Assembly (NCBI GenBank): GCA_030390025.1
Contig: CM059432.1
Location: forward strand, 18,540,001 to 18,604,000
Direction of reading: 5' to 3'
Length of the DNA stretch: 64,000 bases
Source: Squalus acanthias
Lineage: Eukaryota
Positions 1-11,700 of the stretch are shown here, one piece after another. The translations under genes and the position numbers were made by a program. The stretch's first letter is position 1, and each line of letters begins with the position of its first letter. The notes under the pieces are model-generated. The model did no database searches. It was not told where the DNA came from and was given only the letters and a program-made list of their open reading frames with translations.

Positions 1-571
1 AGCAAGCTTTTGCAAGTGTTGAAAAGCACTTATCAGCCAGGCATGATGCACTCACTATAATGATCCTTTACATATTTCAAAGCAGCTACCAAACCACTTG
101 ACTGGTATGAATCTTCCCAACGTCATTAATCCAATGACAATGTGGAGTGCACAAGTGTGTTGGAGAGTGGCTAAAGATCAATTCGGAAGGCCCCGTTTTA
201 GTAATGATACATTCAGCTCTCAGGAGACCTGTAATCGAGCATCAGGACAGCTCTTTCGCTGGCGAGCAAGGCTCCAAATATACAGAGCAGGAGGCATGTG
301 GTGGGAGTACATCACCTGGATGATGACTGCTGTCTCCAGGACTAAAAGAGCCTGGAAGGAAGCGAGGAAAAGAAATGCACGGATTAAAGAGGAGCAGAAA
401 ACGAAGGCATGAATATTACTGTAAAGTAGACAAGACATCTATACACGTGATAATAAGTAGATGTGGTAGAAAAAAAATATGCAAAAATTGTCCTAATAAC
501 AGAGAGAAATGTTAACAAGAATGTGGTGAGTAAGATATTATGAGTGAAGGATTTGGCAAATTTTATATATA

Positions 572-1041
572 AAAGAAAGAAAAGAAAGACTTGCATTTCT
601 ATAGCGCCTTTCATGACCTCAGGACATACCAAAGCGCTTTACAGCCAATTAAGCACTTTTGGAGTGGAGTCACTGTTGTAATGTAGGAAACACGGCAGCC
701 AAATTGTGCATAGCAAGCTCCCACAGACAGCAATGTGCTAATGACCAGATAATCTGTTTTTGTTATGTTGAGTGAGGGATAAATATTGGCCAGGACACCG
801 GGGATAACTCCCCTGCTCTTCTTGGAAATAGTGTCATGGGATCTTTTACGTCCACCTGAGAGCAGACGGGGCCTCGGTATTACATCTCATCCAAAATACG
901 GCACCTCCGACAGTGCAGCACTCCCTCACCACTGCACTGGAGTGTCAGCCTAGATTTTTGCGCATCAAGACACTGGAGTGGGACTTGAACCCACAACCTT
1001 CTGACTCAGAGGCGAGGGTGCTACCAACTGAGGCATGGCTG
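572..1041 (-). mobile_element. tRNA-derived DeuSINE (SacSINE1-like)
   Basis: Minus strand shows a tRNA-like head with A/B boxes (CTCAGTTGGTAGC...GGTTCAAGTCCC), a conserved body and a tail ending AAATGCAAGTCTTTCTTTT. Closely related copies lie at 4185, 21447, 29637 and 41332. Confidence 0.85.
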
Positions 1042-1220
1042 TCAGAAGTGGGGATGTTCGCTGATGACTGCACAGTGTTCAGTGCAATTCACAACTCCTC
1101 AGATAATGAAGCAGTCCATGCCCACATGCAACAAGACCTGGACGACAGTCAGGCTTGGGTTGATAAGTGGCAAGTAACATTCGCACCACAGAAGTGCCAG
1201 GCAATGACTATCTCCAACAA

Positions 1221-1437
1221 TGGTCATGATGCGGAGATGCCGGTGTTGGACTGGGGTGGACAAAAATGAGAAGTCGCACAACACCGGGTTATAGTCCAAC
1301 AGTTTTATTTGAAATTACGAGCTTTTGGAGCGCTGCTCCTTCGTCATGTACCTGACGAAGGAGCAGAGCTCCGAAAGCTCGTAATTTCAAATAAAACTGT
1401 TGGACTATAACCTGGTGTTGTGCGACTTCTCATTTTT
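1221..1437. mobile_element. Short Penelope pLTR-derived insertion forming an 88-bp-arm hairpin
   Basis: Matches the pLTR at 33493-33620. Inverted arms at 1262-1349 and 1350-1437; TSD ATCTCCAACAA at 1210-1220 and 1438-1448. Confidence 0.9.
1348..1384 (+). ncRNA. Minimal type I hammerhead ribozyme motif (Penelope family A)
   Basis: CUGACGA-A-GGAGC(AGA)GCUCC-GAA-AGCU-C; core intact, stem I only about 3 bp. Confidence 0.65.
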
Positions 1438-2297
1438 ATCTCCAACAAGCGAGCGTCTAACCATCGCCTCTTTACATTCAACGACATTACCATCGCCGAA
1501 TCCCCCACCATCAACATCCTGGGGGTCACCATTGACCAGAAACTTAACTGGACCAGCCACATAAATACTGTGGCCACTAGAGCAGGTCAGAGGCTGGGTA
1601 TTCTGCGGCGAGTGTCTCACCTCCTGACTCCCCAAAGACTTTGCACCATCTACAAGGCACAAGTCAGGATTGTGATGAAATACTCTCCACTTGCCTGGAT
1701 GAGTGCAGCTCCAATAACACTCAAGAAGCTCGACAGCATCCAGGACAAAGTAGCCCACTTGATTGGTACCCCATCCACCACCTTAAACATTCTCTCCCTC
1801 CACCACCGGCGTACCATGGCTGCAATGTGTACCATCTACAAGATGCACTGCAGCAACTCGCCGAGGCTTCTTTGGCAGCACCTCCCAAACCCACGACCTC
1901 TATCACTTAGAAGGACAAGGGCAGCAGGCGCATGGGAACACCATCACTTGCAAGTTCCCCTCCAAGTTACACACCATCCTGACTTGGAAGTATATCGCTG
2001 TTCCTTCATCGTCGCTGGATCTAAATCCTGGAACTCCCTCCCTAACAGCACTGTGGGAGAAAGCTTCACTACATGGACTGCAGTGGTTCATGAAGGTGGC
2101 TCACCACCACCTTCTCAAGGGCAACTAGGGATAGGAATAAATACTGACCTTGCCAGCGACGCCCACATCCTAGGAACGAATTAAAAAAAACATGAAACGA
2201 GAGAGATTGTACTACACAAAGGAATTTCCATGGGTCAACTTTGGTATTCTTATGTTTAGAGGCAAAGCTGGCACATAATAGATGGGTGTAACCAAAG

Positions 2298-2548
2298 GAC
2301 CTGAGGCAACATGATGAAAAAGTGTTTTACACAGCAAGTTGTTAGGATCTGGAATGCACTGCCTGAAAGGGCGGAGGAAGCAGATTAAATAATAAAGGGA
2401 ATTAGATAAATACTTGCAAAGGAGAAATTTGCAGGGCTATGGGTAAGAGCAGGGGAGTGGGACGAATTGGATAGCTGTTTCAAAGAGCCGGCACAGGCAT
2501 GATGGGCCGAATGGCCTCCTTCTGTGCTGTATCATTCTATGATTCTAT
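2298..2548 (+). mobile_element. CR1 LINE 3' end
   Basis: GATCTGGAATGCACTGCCTGAAAGG...GGGCCGAATGGCCTCCTTCTGTGCTG followed by an (ATTCTATG)n tail. Confidence 0.8.
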
Positions 2549-3428
2549 GGGGGAGAAATTCAGTATCGCCCCATTTGGGGCGCAATTATCGGCCGGGCGC
2601 AAAGATTAGCGCCTGGCACTAATTATCGCCACCGACTGCAAACTTGACTTTTATCGCCCCTGGAGGTGATTGGAGCGCTAAATCAGGCGCTTCACACCTG
2701 TCTTAAGGCGCAAAGGCCGAGGAGCGAGGCGCTACCTCAGAGCGCTGGCGAAGCTCATGTAATGTCAGTCAGCAATGGAACACACACACAATGGCATGGG
2801 CCAGGTCTTAAAGGGGATGGTTAATCTCACTTTCCATCCACATCCTGCTAATTGCAGCCTTGAATCTCGGCCTGGAGAGACCTGCACATCAAATCTGCTG
2901 GAAAGAACAATGGAGAGTACCAGGCAAAGAGCTCAGAGTGCAGCCCCCACAGTCTCTTCTAAATCGATACAAGGAATGGCAAATAAAAATGAACCTGCAA
3001 AGTGCTGCTCAGTACCCAAAACTCCTTCACACAACGTTGAAACTCTCCAGAAGTCTCTCTCTCTCTCTCTCAGAATGCATAGTTCAAAAATGGCACCAAC
3101 AATAAAAGGCAGGAAGCGGTCACCTTTAAATAGCGCTCCCCCTTTCCCTTCATGACTGCAGAACGCTCCACTCAAAGTGTCGTTGCTAGCGTCAGGCGGT
3201 AAGGCAGGGGGCGCCACTCAATATCCGCTCCGGGGCGATACTGGGGCATTGCGCACTCGACTGACATCACGATCTGCCAGTGCAGGAGATCGTGGCGGTA
3301 GTGTTTAGCGCCGCCGCAAAATGTCTAGTTAATTTCGCGAGCGGCGCAAACTTCGCCGCGCCTGGGCGCTAGATGCTTTGCGCCCCATTAGCGCCCTCTT
3401 AAGGCGCTACCAACTGAATTTTTCCCCC
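2549..3428. mobile_element. PIF/Harbinger-type MITE, family H1
   Basis: TIRs GGGGGAGAAATTCAGT / ACTGAATTTTTCCCCC with 3-bp TSD TAT. Homologous copies at 23056, 36636 and 41486. Confidence 0.85.
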
Positions 3429-4184
3429 TATGGTTCTAAACTCCTGACTCTGGGTGGAGCCCTAGAATGAAAGGCGGATCATTTTTCTAGATTAATTCTT
3501 GGGATGTGGACGTCCCCGGCTAGGCTGGCATTTATTGCCCATTACTAGCCTAATTAGGGGTGTGGGGCGGGATGGCCTTGAAAAATTGTGCTGTAGGTGC
3601 AATTGAAAGGGATGCAGACCAGTTCAGCTTAAAGTTTTCATTCACTAACATTCTTACATGCATTCAATCAACAAAAAATTCTTCCTTGTTAATTTGGTTG
3701 AATTTTGCATGTCCATGTCATCACATCTACTATGGGCTACGTGTTGACACTTGGATGCTACTGCATGTCATCATAACCATTGGAATCTCCTGCTTCTTTT
3801 ATTCGGCTGACAGGAATACAGCCAAACTTTACACCTCTAACCTTGTCTGAGGAAAATTCCCTCAAACACCCGGGAAGGGAGGCCATAGAGGGTAATGGAG
3901 AGGGATACATTTTAGATCTGGATGGAGCAAGCAACATCACGTTGCCTCTTGTGAATTGCAGCCTCCACAGCACTGCTTGGCTGACAAGTGGAGGTATCTT
4001 CAGCTCTACCTTTAGATTCTGGTGCTTGAGTACCAATGGGTGGGCGCAGCGTGCTTCTGGTCAGGGCTGCTCTATCCTGGCATCCATCTGTTGGCTCGCC
4101 TTCTCTTCAAAAAAATCACAAATATTGATTCCTAGCTGTAAATATTGGAGCTGTTGGGATAAAAAAGGCAGCAGCATGACAATT

Positions 4185-4653
4185 AAAAGAAAGAAAGACT
4201 TGCATTTCTACAGCGCCTTTCATGACCACCGGACATCCTAAAGCGCTTTACAGCCAATGAAGTACCTTTGGAAGTGTAGTCACTGTTGCAATGTAGGAAA
4301 CACGGCAGCCAATTTGCGCACAGCAAGCTCCCACAAACAGCAATGTGAGAATGACCAGATAATCTGTTTTAATGATGTTGATTGAGGGATAAATATTGGA
4401 CAGGACACCGGGGAGAACTCCCCTGCTGTTCTTCAAAATAGAGCCACAGGACCATATTACATCCACCTGCGAGGGCAAATGGGGCCTAGGTTTAATGTCT
4501 CATCCGAAAGATGGCACTTCCAACAGTGCAGCACTCCCTCAGTACTGCACTTGAGTGTCAGCCTAGATTTTTGTGCTCTGGTCTCTGGAGTGGGACTTGA
4601 ACCCACGACCTTCTGACTCAGAGTTAAGGGTGCTACCCACTGAGCCATGGCTG
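4185..4653 (-). mobile_element. DeuSINE (SacSINE1-like)
   Basis: Full-length copy homologous to 572-1041. Confidence 0.85.
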
Positions 4654-5924
4654 ACACAAAGAGGCACAAAGAGGCTTGACAACCTCAGGATCAACAGAAC
4701 ACCCCCCTCCACCACCTCCACACAAGAAATGGTCTGAAAATTCTTTACTTAATTTTATCGCTAGGCTCTTTAAATGAACTTGCATATATAGGCAGGAACC
4801 TCATAAATATATGCAACTAGGGGTCCTATCATTTAGATAGGACCTGGCTGCCAGCCTTCAGGAGGCCTGAACTTTGTAGGGCCAAAGCCGGTGAGCTGCC
4901 TCCAGATGCCAGATTTGGGTGGGTAGCTGGCCATTGGGCTGTTAAATGAGGCCCGGCCGTTAAAATGGATTGGGCTTCTCACTGCAGCTCCCAGGTGGAC
5001 AACCCTCCTCGTCCAGCTAGCTTCCCACCTGGGTGTTAAAATTTCCCCTTCTAGCTCTGCAAGGCCCTTCACTTCTCTAATGAATTGGAATTAGCATTTT
5101 GCATCTTATTGTTAGTAAAGCAGTCACCATCTTCCCAAATCCCAGTGCTGTCCTACCACTAAAAGGAACAGATGTCTAGTTAAATGGATTTGTTTATTGT
5201 TTGAGCAAAGAGGCACTTCCAAAATCTTTCATCACATTGTTATTTTTGTACACTGCAGAGAGGCTAATGCTATTATGTTTGGCTTGCTACAGGTTTTCCT
5301 ACATTCAGAGACTTCAATTTTGCGTTTGCTAACTAGATTGGAGAAAACATTACATTATACTTAATGTTTCCTGTGATTCCAGTTTTTTTTCTTCGTTTTG
5401 CTCCCTTCTTCTCTTGAAAGTGGTGACTCATGCTAGAAAATAGTTCCACAGATGCTATCAGCCCTTTGATACATTGCCCAAGTAGTTACTCATCACCCTT
5501 GAGTTTGAGGCCACGGGCAGCCTGCGCGAGCGGAAATATCAATATCGAGCCGCCTGCCTTGTCAGCAGCAGCCCTCAAGTAGGTCCTGGGAGGGGTGGGG
5601 ATTGGAGCGAGCTATGGAGGGTGGGGAGGCGATCTCCTGCGATTGGTCTAATGTGGCCTGCTATTCAATCGTAAGGGTAATCACTGCCGAACCTAACCGA
5701 GTCCTGACTCCCTACACAAGCAGTTAAAAATTAGGAGGAGTTACATCAAAAATAACAAAAGGAGGCAGCAACTCTGGTTCAATTTTCCCTTCTCTATATT
5801 ATTGACCCTGAGGCAAACTGTGCCACATCTCCTGCCTTTCCACATGAGATCATCTGACTGAACACAGGGCAACGATTGAGTCTCCCTGGTCTTTGTGGCT
5901 CAGTACCAGCAATATGGCACATAT

Positions 5925-6320
5925 GCAGAAGCTGGGGTTGTTCTCCACAGAGCAGAGAAGGTTAAGGGAAGATTTGAAAGTTGTGTTCAAAATCATGAAT
6001 GCTTTTGATAGAGTAAATAAAGAGAAAGGTCGGTAACCAGAGGACACAGATTTAAGGTGATTGGCAAAAGAACATGAGGAAACCTTTTTTTTACACAGCG
6101 AGTTGTGATCTGGAATGCACTGCCTGAAAGGGTGGTGGAAACAGATTCAATCGTAACATTCAAGAGGGAATTAGATAAATACTTCAGGGGACAAAATTAC
6201 AGGGCTATGGGAAAGAGCAGGGGAGTGGGATTAATTGGAGAGCTCTACCAAAGAGCGACACAGGCACAATGGGCCGAGTGGCCTCCTTCTGGGCTGTATC
6301 ATTCTATGATTCTATGATTT
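5925..6320 (+). mobile_element. CR1 LINE 3' fragment
   Basis: Degraded KLGLFS...RRLR and WNALPERVVE coding remnants plus an (ATTCTATG)n tail. Confidence 0.8.
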
Positions 6321-6586
6321 CATGACGTGAGTAGGAATATAGTGTGGTAACATTCAATACTCCACCCTTTGCATCATGAACCACTTTCTCTCATCAGTCC
6401 TGAACTTGCCTTTTAGCAGTTTCTACTCATGTTCTCAGTCATCACTTAACTTGAAATAATGCTCAGGATTAACCTATTCACCTCGCATCTTATATATCTC
6501 TATAATGTCCATTCTCATTCACCTTTCAAAACTGAGGAATCCATATTTTTATAAACTTTCCTCATAATTCAGTCCTCTGACACTAA

Positions 6587-7385
6587 GGGCTGGATTTTCT
6601 CAGCCCCGAGGAGGCAGGTATGGAGGCGGGACTGCGGGAAAGTTGCAGAACTTGCCAGGAGGTGGGAAGCCGTCCTGCCCCGGGTCCTGTCTCCTTGGAG
6701 GCGGGAAGGGATTAAAGCTTATTAACTGCCTGTTAACAGGTAGTTAACAGGCAGAAAATAGGATTATCCCCATTTTTCGTGCTGAAGTGTGGGCTTCCCG
6801 ACCTGGGGGAACCCCGCTGGGGTGTAGGAGGTGAGTAGGAGGTCTGTGATGGTCGGAGGGGTCTGAAAGTGCGATGTAGAGGTGAGTGATGGGTGCAAGT
6901 GTGGAGTGGTAAATATGTGAGGTGAGTGTAAAGTGTTAGAAAATGTTAACTTACCTTTGTTTCTACCTACAGCCATCAGCCACTGTGGAGCTGGAGTCCC
7001 CGACATCTCCATTGTAGAGATCACAGACTGGCTGTTGGATCCTCCGATCCAACAGCCAGCTGATTTCTGCAAAGTAGAAAGGTTTGATGAGTCCTGAACA
7101 CAAGGACTCATCAAACTACACAGAATGTCAGTGTTTGATAGCTTCACAGAGCTGTCAAACGATGATATTTCTTCTTTCAAAAGTTCTTGACAGGTGACTC
7201 GTCATATGTTGGCGTGCTCTGTCACTGACTTCCCCCTAATTGGCCTGCTGAGCCCACCGGGCGGGCTTAACAAGGTCAATCAGCAGAAATTCACGCTGGT
7301 TGGCCAGAAGCTGATAGAGGAGGGATTGAAACCCGGCAAGCAGCAGTCCCGCCTCCAAAAGCTTCCCATTCAGAAAATCCAGCCC
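6587..7385. mobile_element. PIF/Harbinger MITE, family H2
   Basis: Perfect 14-bp TIR GGGCTGGATTTTCT and TAA TSD on both sides. Homologous to 18392-18984 and 60642-61419. Confidence 0.9.
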
Positions 7386-7390
7386 TAAAT

Positions 7391-7591
7391 GGGGGGTGAG
7401 GGGGCGTGGTAATTTGAACCTAACCTGTCAGGTGGGAATCGGGCAGGTTCAGGTCGGACACCCAATTTTACACCCGCCTAATTTTACTCGACCTTGACTT
7501 CAATGGACAGTAAAATTGGATGGGGGCGGGTGCAAAACTGGCAGCCAATCCGAACTTGTTCGGTTCCCACCGGACGGCTTAGGTTATCCCC
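7391..7591. repeat. Degenerate palindromic MITE
   Basis: Imperfect inverted arms around a TTGACTTCAA centre; similar element at about 48132-48288. Confidence 0.5.
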
Positions 7592-8551
7592 CTAGGGATC
7601 AGCAGTGTCTTCTGCTGAATAGCTGTTTCCATAGTTAACAAATAGTCTTGCTTCACATGTGGTGTTCCACTGTGTTAGGTTGAAATCCTAGGCTATGCTT
7701 GTTACAGGGGCAGTACATTTCCATTCCCGACTGCAATACTACACCTAATGTGCTGTGGTGGTGCAATTGGTGTCCTGCCTGAGTTACTGCAGGAAACCAG
7801 TGGAATCCATGTGGAATCTCTGCCCCAATAACTTTTTCATTCGATAGCGTGTTGACATTTTTATCTGATGTTACTCATTATATCAATTCTGGTTTCTAGT
7901 TACTAATTGTTTTGTCGGGCAGTTTGTGTAGCTGTAGCTCTTAAGAACATAAAAGGCATAACTTAAAACATCTAAAGCTATTACAACCATGCACAAAGCA
8001 TAAGATGAAAGGAATCTAGTTAGTCAACTAGAACACAAAACGTTAATTTCACCATGATATTCTTAGAGTACAATATAAATGGCATACTGAGCACTGCAAA
8101 CCTAATATTACAATCTCGCTCTGATAATGTATAAGATTATTCATGGCATACATAGATTATAATAGATGGTTTACAGTCAGTTACAAGGCAGTAATTCAGT
8201 TGAGGGGGCTGATGACATAAACTCTGCTCAAATGGTTTATGACTATCCAGAAGACTGAATTACTGCCTCAAAATCAGCACCAGGCATTTACCTATAGTCT
8301 ATCTTTATGCTTACATTTTGTATTCATTGTGCAGTAAGTGAAGTACAGGCAATGTGGATGGAGGCGAAAGGGTAATAAACCTGATAATAACATGGGAGTA
8401 AGAAATGTCAGATTTGTTTTAAATGAATTCTTCATCTATGGACGAATTCCAGACTCCATCAACCTGCTTCAGCAATCTCTAACATATGAAGCAGTCAGCA
8501 AAGTGTGTGTTATGAAGAAACTCAAAGTATTAGATGCATATCCATGGCCAC

Positions 8552-8745
8552 TGTCGTAAGAATGAGCCTTACGCGTGGTGAACTTAAAGTAAGCTTTAAT
8601 CAACTAAAAAGGTGCTACATACAAAAGAGGTCTTACTCTATGCCTCTCCAGGATCCAACTGATCAGTCCAGTATTTATCCTGGACTAATCACAGGAAGTG
8701 ATGCAATAAAGTTCGAGTCACAGGAAGCTGTATTGTGTTACCACA
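8552..8745 (-). repeat. 3' LTR of the Gypsy element
   Basis: No difference seen from 12799-12992. Confidence 0.97.
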
Positions 8746-8757
8746 TTCTCCCCCCCC
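8746..8757 (-). promoter_or_regulatory. Polypurine tract
   Basis: GGGGGGGGAGAA immediately 5' of the 3' LTR on the element strand. Confidence 0.9.
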
Positions 8758-8763
8758 AAAAGA

Positions 8764-11700
8764 TTAGGAGGCCGGGTTGCTCCCTCCATTTCGTAGCCGC
8801 TGGATGAGGGAGAGCCGCACCCGTTTGGGTTCTCGTAGCGGTAGAGGGCCCCTAGCCCGTTTACCCGCCGCGGGCCGTGGACCAGAGTCCGAGTGATCCA
8901 GCCCGCTCTGTGAGGGGTCAGGACGATCCTGACTGTGTACTGGTGCCCGAACAGGTGTCGGGCAGGGCTGTGGCAGATCCGTTTCCGAGCGTACGGTACG
9001 GTGTGGATCGTGGCTGCGCGTGCGAGCCCCGACGGGCTCATAGTCAGTCTGCCCCAGGTCGGCACGCTGGAGTGAGGTACCAGCCGGCGTCAGATCCAGA
9101 TCGTGATGAGAGGCACCTGGCAAGCCCAGAGATGTGCCTGGTACAATATCATCCCCTGGTGTCCCTCTATGTTTCGGCGGGCAGGGAGCCAGATCCCGCA
9201 ATGACACGGTAGATTCCCGACCGTCAGGATACCGAATATAGGCGTAGGTAGGGTTGACGTCAGTGAGCTCAACCTCATCTACCAGGGGGTCATTCTTAGA
9301 CGCCTGGACATATCTTCGGAGTAGCACTGGTCCCGGTGCAGTCAGCCACGACGGGAGAGATATCCCATAGGATGAGCGACGCTGAAATCGGAAGAACCGT
9401 TCATGAGGCGTCGTATTTGTGGCGGTCGAAAGGAGGGACCGTGTGGAGTGTAATGCGTCTGGAAGTACTGCTTCCCATTGCTGGTTGGGTAGGCCCCGAG
9501 ATCTCAAAGCCAGACGTACCGCATTCCAGATGATAGCGTTATAACGCTCGACTTGCCCATTCCCGACCGAATGATAAGGCGTCGTTTTGCTGGCAGCAAT
9601 ACCCCGTTCCGAGAGATAGGCCTTGAGTTCTCCTGACATAAAAGAAGGGCCCCGATCCGAATGAACATAGGATGCCATGCCACAGAAAGCAAATACCTGC
9701 TCAAGGCAGCTGATAACCGTGGTCGTCAGCATATTGGGGCAGGGAAAGGCAAACGGAAAACGGGAATACTCATCGACCATGGTCAATAGATAAGTGTTGC
9801 GAGTTGAAGAGGGCAACGGCCCCTTAACATCGATGCTAAGCCGTTGCATTGGCTGGGTCGCATGTATGAGTATACCACCCGAGGGGCGGAAAAACTGAGG
9901 TTTCAATTCCGCACAGACTCTGCAGTCTGAGCACATCTTCTTTACATCCCCGGTAGAGAATGCGAAATTTCGGGACCGCACGAAGTGTAGCATGCGAGTA
10001 ACGCCCGGATGACACAACCCATCATGGATGTCTACGAGCGTAGAGGGTGCCATGGCGGAGCAGAATGCTCGTGTGAGGGTATCCGGAGCCACATTCTCCT
10101 TGCCAGGTCGATAGTGGATGGTGTAACCAAAAGAGGCCAATTCCAGCCGCCAAAGCTGGATTTTATTATTTTTAATTTTGGTCCGTTTTCGATTATTGAG
10201 CATGAAGGCGACCGATCGCTGGTCCGTGATTAAGGTAAAGTGCTGGCGAGCTAGGAGATGACTCCACTTCCGTACTGCCTCTATGATGGCTGTAGCTTCT
10301 TTCTCGACTGGAGGATAATGTAGCTCAGCCCCTTGAAAAGTCCTGGACAAAAATGCCACCGGACGACCTTCCTGATTCAGAGTGGCCGAGATCGCCACCT
10401 CCGAGGCATCACACTCAACAACAAAAGGAAGACTCTCATCGATGGAGTGAAGAGCCGCTTTCTCCAACTGTTTTTTCAGGAGGTTAAAGGCTGCAACAGC
10501 CGCTGTGTCTAGTGGGAATGTGCTGGCCTTCAGTAGAGGTTGGATTCGGTCCGAGAAGTTAGGAATCCATTTAGCATAGTATGCAAACAGGCCGAGGGCC
10601 CGGCGCAAGGAGGCCGGATTCTTAGGTGGCGGGAGTTCTTGGAGTGGGCGAAGCCTTTCAGGGTCAGGTTTAATGATGCCATTGCCCACACAATAGCCAA
10701 GGATGTTGATGGTTGGTTGTGACTCAATGGATTTAGCCGCATTTAATGTCAAATTACGGTGCTGGAGTGCATCCCAAAATCGTTGGAGATTGGCGTCATG
10801 TTCCCGCTGATTGCGACCTGCGACAGTAATATTGTCCAGATAAGGAAACGTATCCTTCAAGTCTTCCTGTTTGACCAGGTCATCCATTGTTCGCTGGAAG
10901 ACAGCCACTCCATTAGTGACCCCAAAGGGGAGGCGACGAAATTGATACAGCCGTCCATTGGCTTCAAAGGCCGTATACTGCTTGTCTGAGACCTTCAAGG
11001 GTACCTGATGATAGGCACTTTTCAGATCATATGTTGAGAACACCGTGTACTCAGCCAGTTTATTAACCATATCATCGATGCGCGGCAATGGGTATGCGTC
11101 CAAGTCCGTATATTGATTGATAGTCTGTGAATAGTCAATGCACAGCCGTTTCTTGTGAGGTTGTAGAGGGTTCTTAACAATAACGACCTGGGCGCGCCAT
11201 GGCGACGAATAAGGCTCGATGATATCCTCTGCTAAAAGCCGAGAAATCTCAGCCGCAATAAAAGACTGGTCTTCCTGACTGAAACGTCGTGACTTTGTTA
11301 TAATCGGTTTGCATCGAGGAGGGATACTGGTAAACAGTGAGGGTTCATCCAGTGAAGCTGCTGACAATGCACAGAACGGTAATCGAGGTAGTATATTAGA
11401 AATAGTGAGTTCAGGTTTGGATCCGCCGAACTCAATGGTGAGCTTCTTATGCTGCTTTTGAAAATCCAGCCCTAAGATAAGATCACTACATAAGTCCTTG
11501 AGCACCGAAAGCCGGGTGGAGGGATACCTGTGACCATTAAGTGTTATTTCAACCATACAAAAGCCAGAAATTCTGGTATTAAGTGATGACTGAGCCATCG
11601 CAATTGCCTGGTCCGATGGGAAAACATGTAGCTTTAACTCTGCAACAATCTGTTCCCTAATGAAACTATCAGTGCTACCTGAGTCAATTAAGGCATCTAA

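Larger units (their letters stand above)
1042..2190 (+). mobile_element. 5'-truncated CR1-group LINE (RT C-terminal half and 3' UTR), interrupted at 1221-1437
   Basis: Translates MFADDCTV...KWQVTFAPQKCQAM and, after the insertion, ILGVTIDQKLNWTSHI...IYKAQVR (ORFs 913-1269 and 1420-2184). Ends in an A-rich tail. Confidence 0.85.

Noticed and set aside
98..412. 104-aa ORF as a host exon
   Set aside because: No recognisable domain or clear splice acceptor; upstream frames only vaguely resemble decayed Gypsy pol.
970..1041. tRNA gene
   Set aside because: It is the tRNA-derived head of a SINE and continues into the SINE body; the same applies at 4580-4653, 21447 and 29637.
2775..3155. Recurrent ORF (MEHTHNG...) also at 36862 and 41713
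   Set aside because: Lies inside H1 MITE copies; recurrence reflects repeat homology and no domain is recognisable.
3914..4105. Possible terminal exon on the minus strand
   Set aside because: Weak acceptor, ambiguous frame and no recognisable product.
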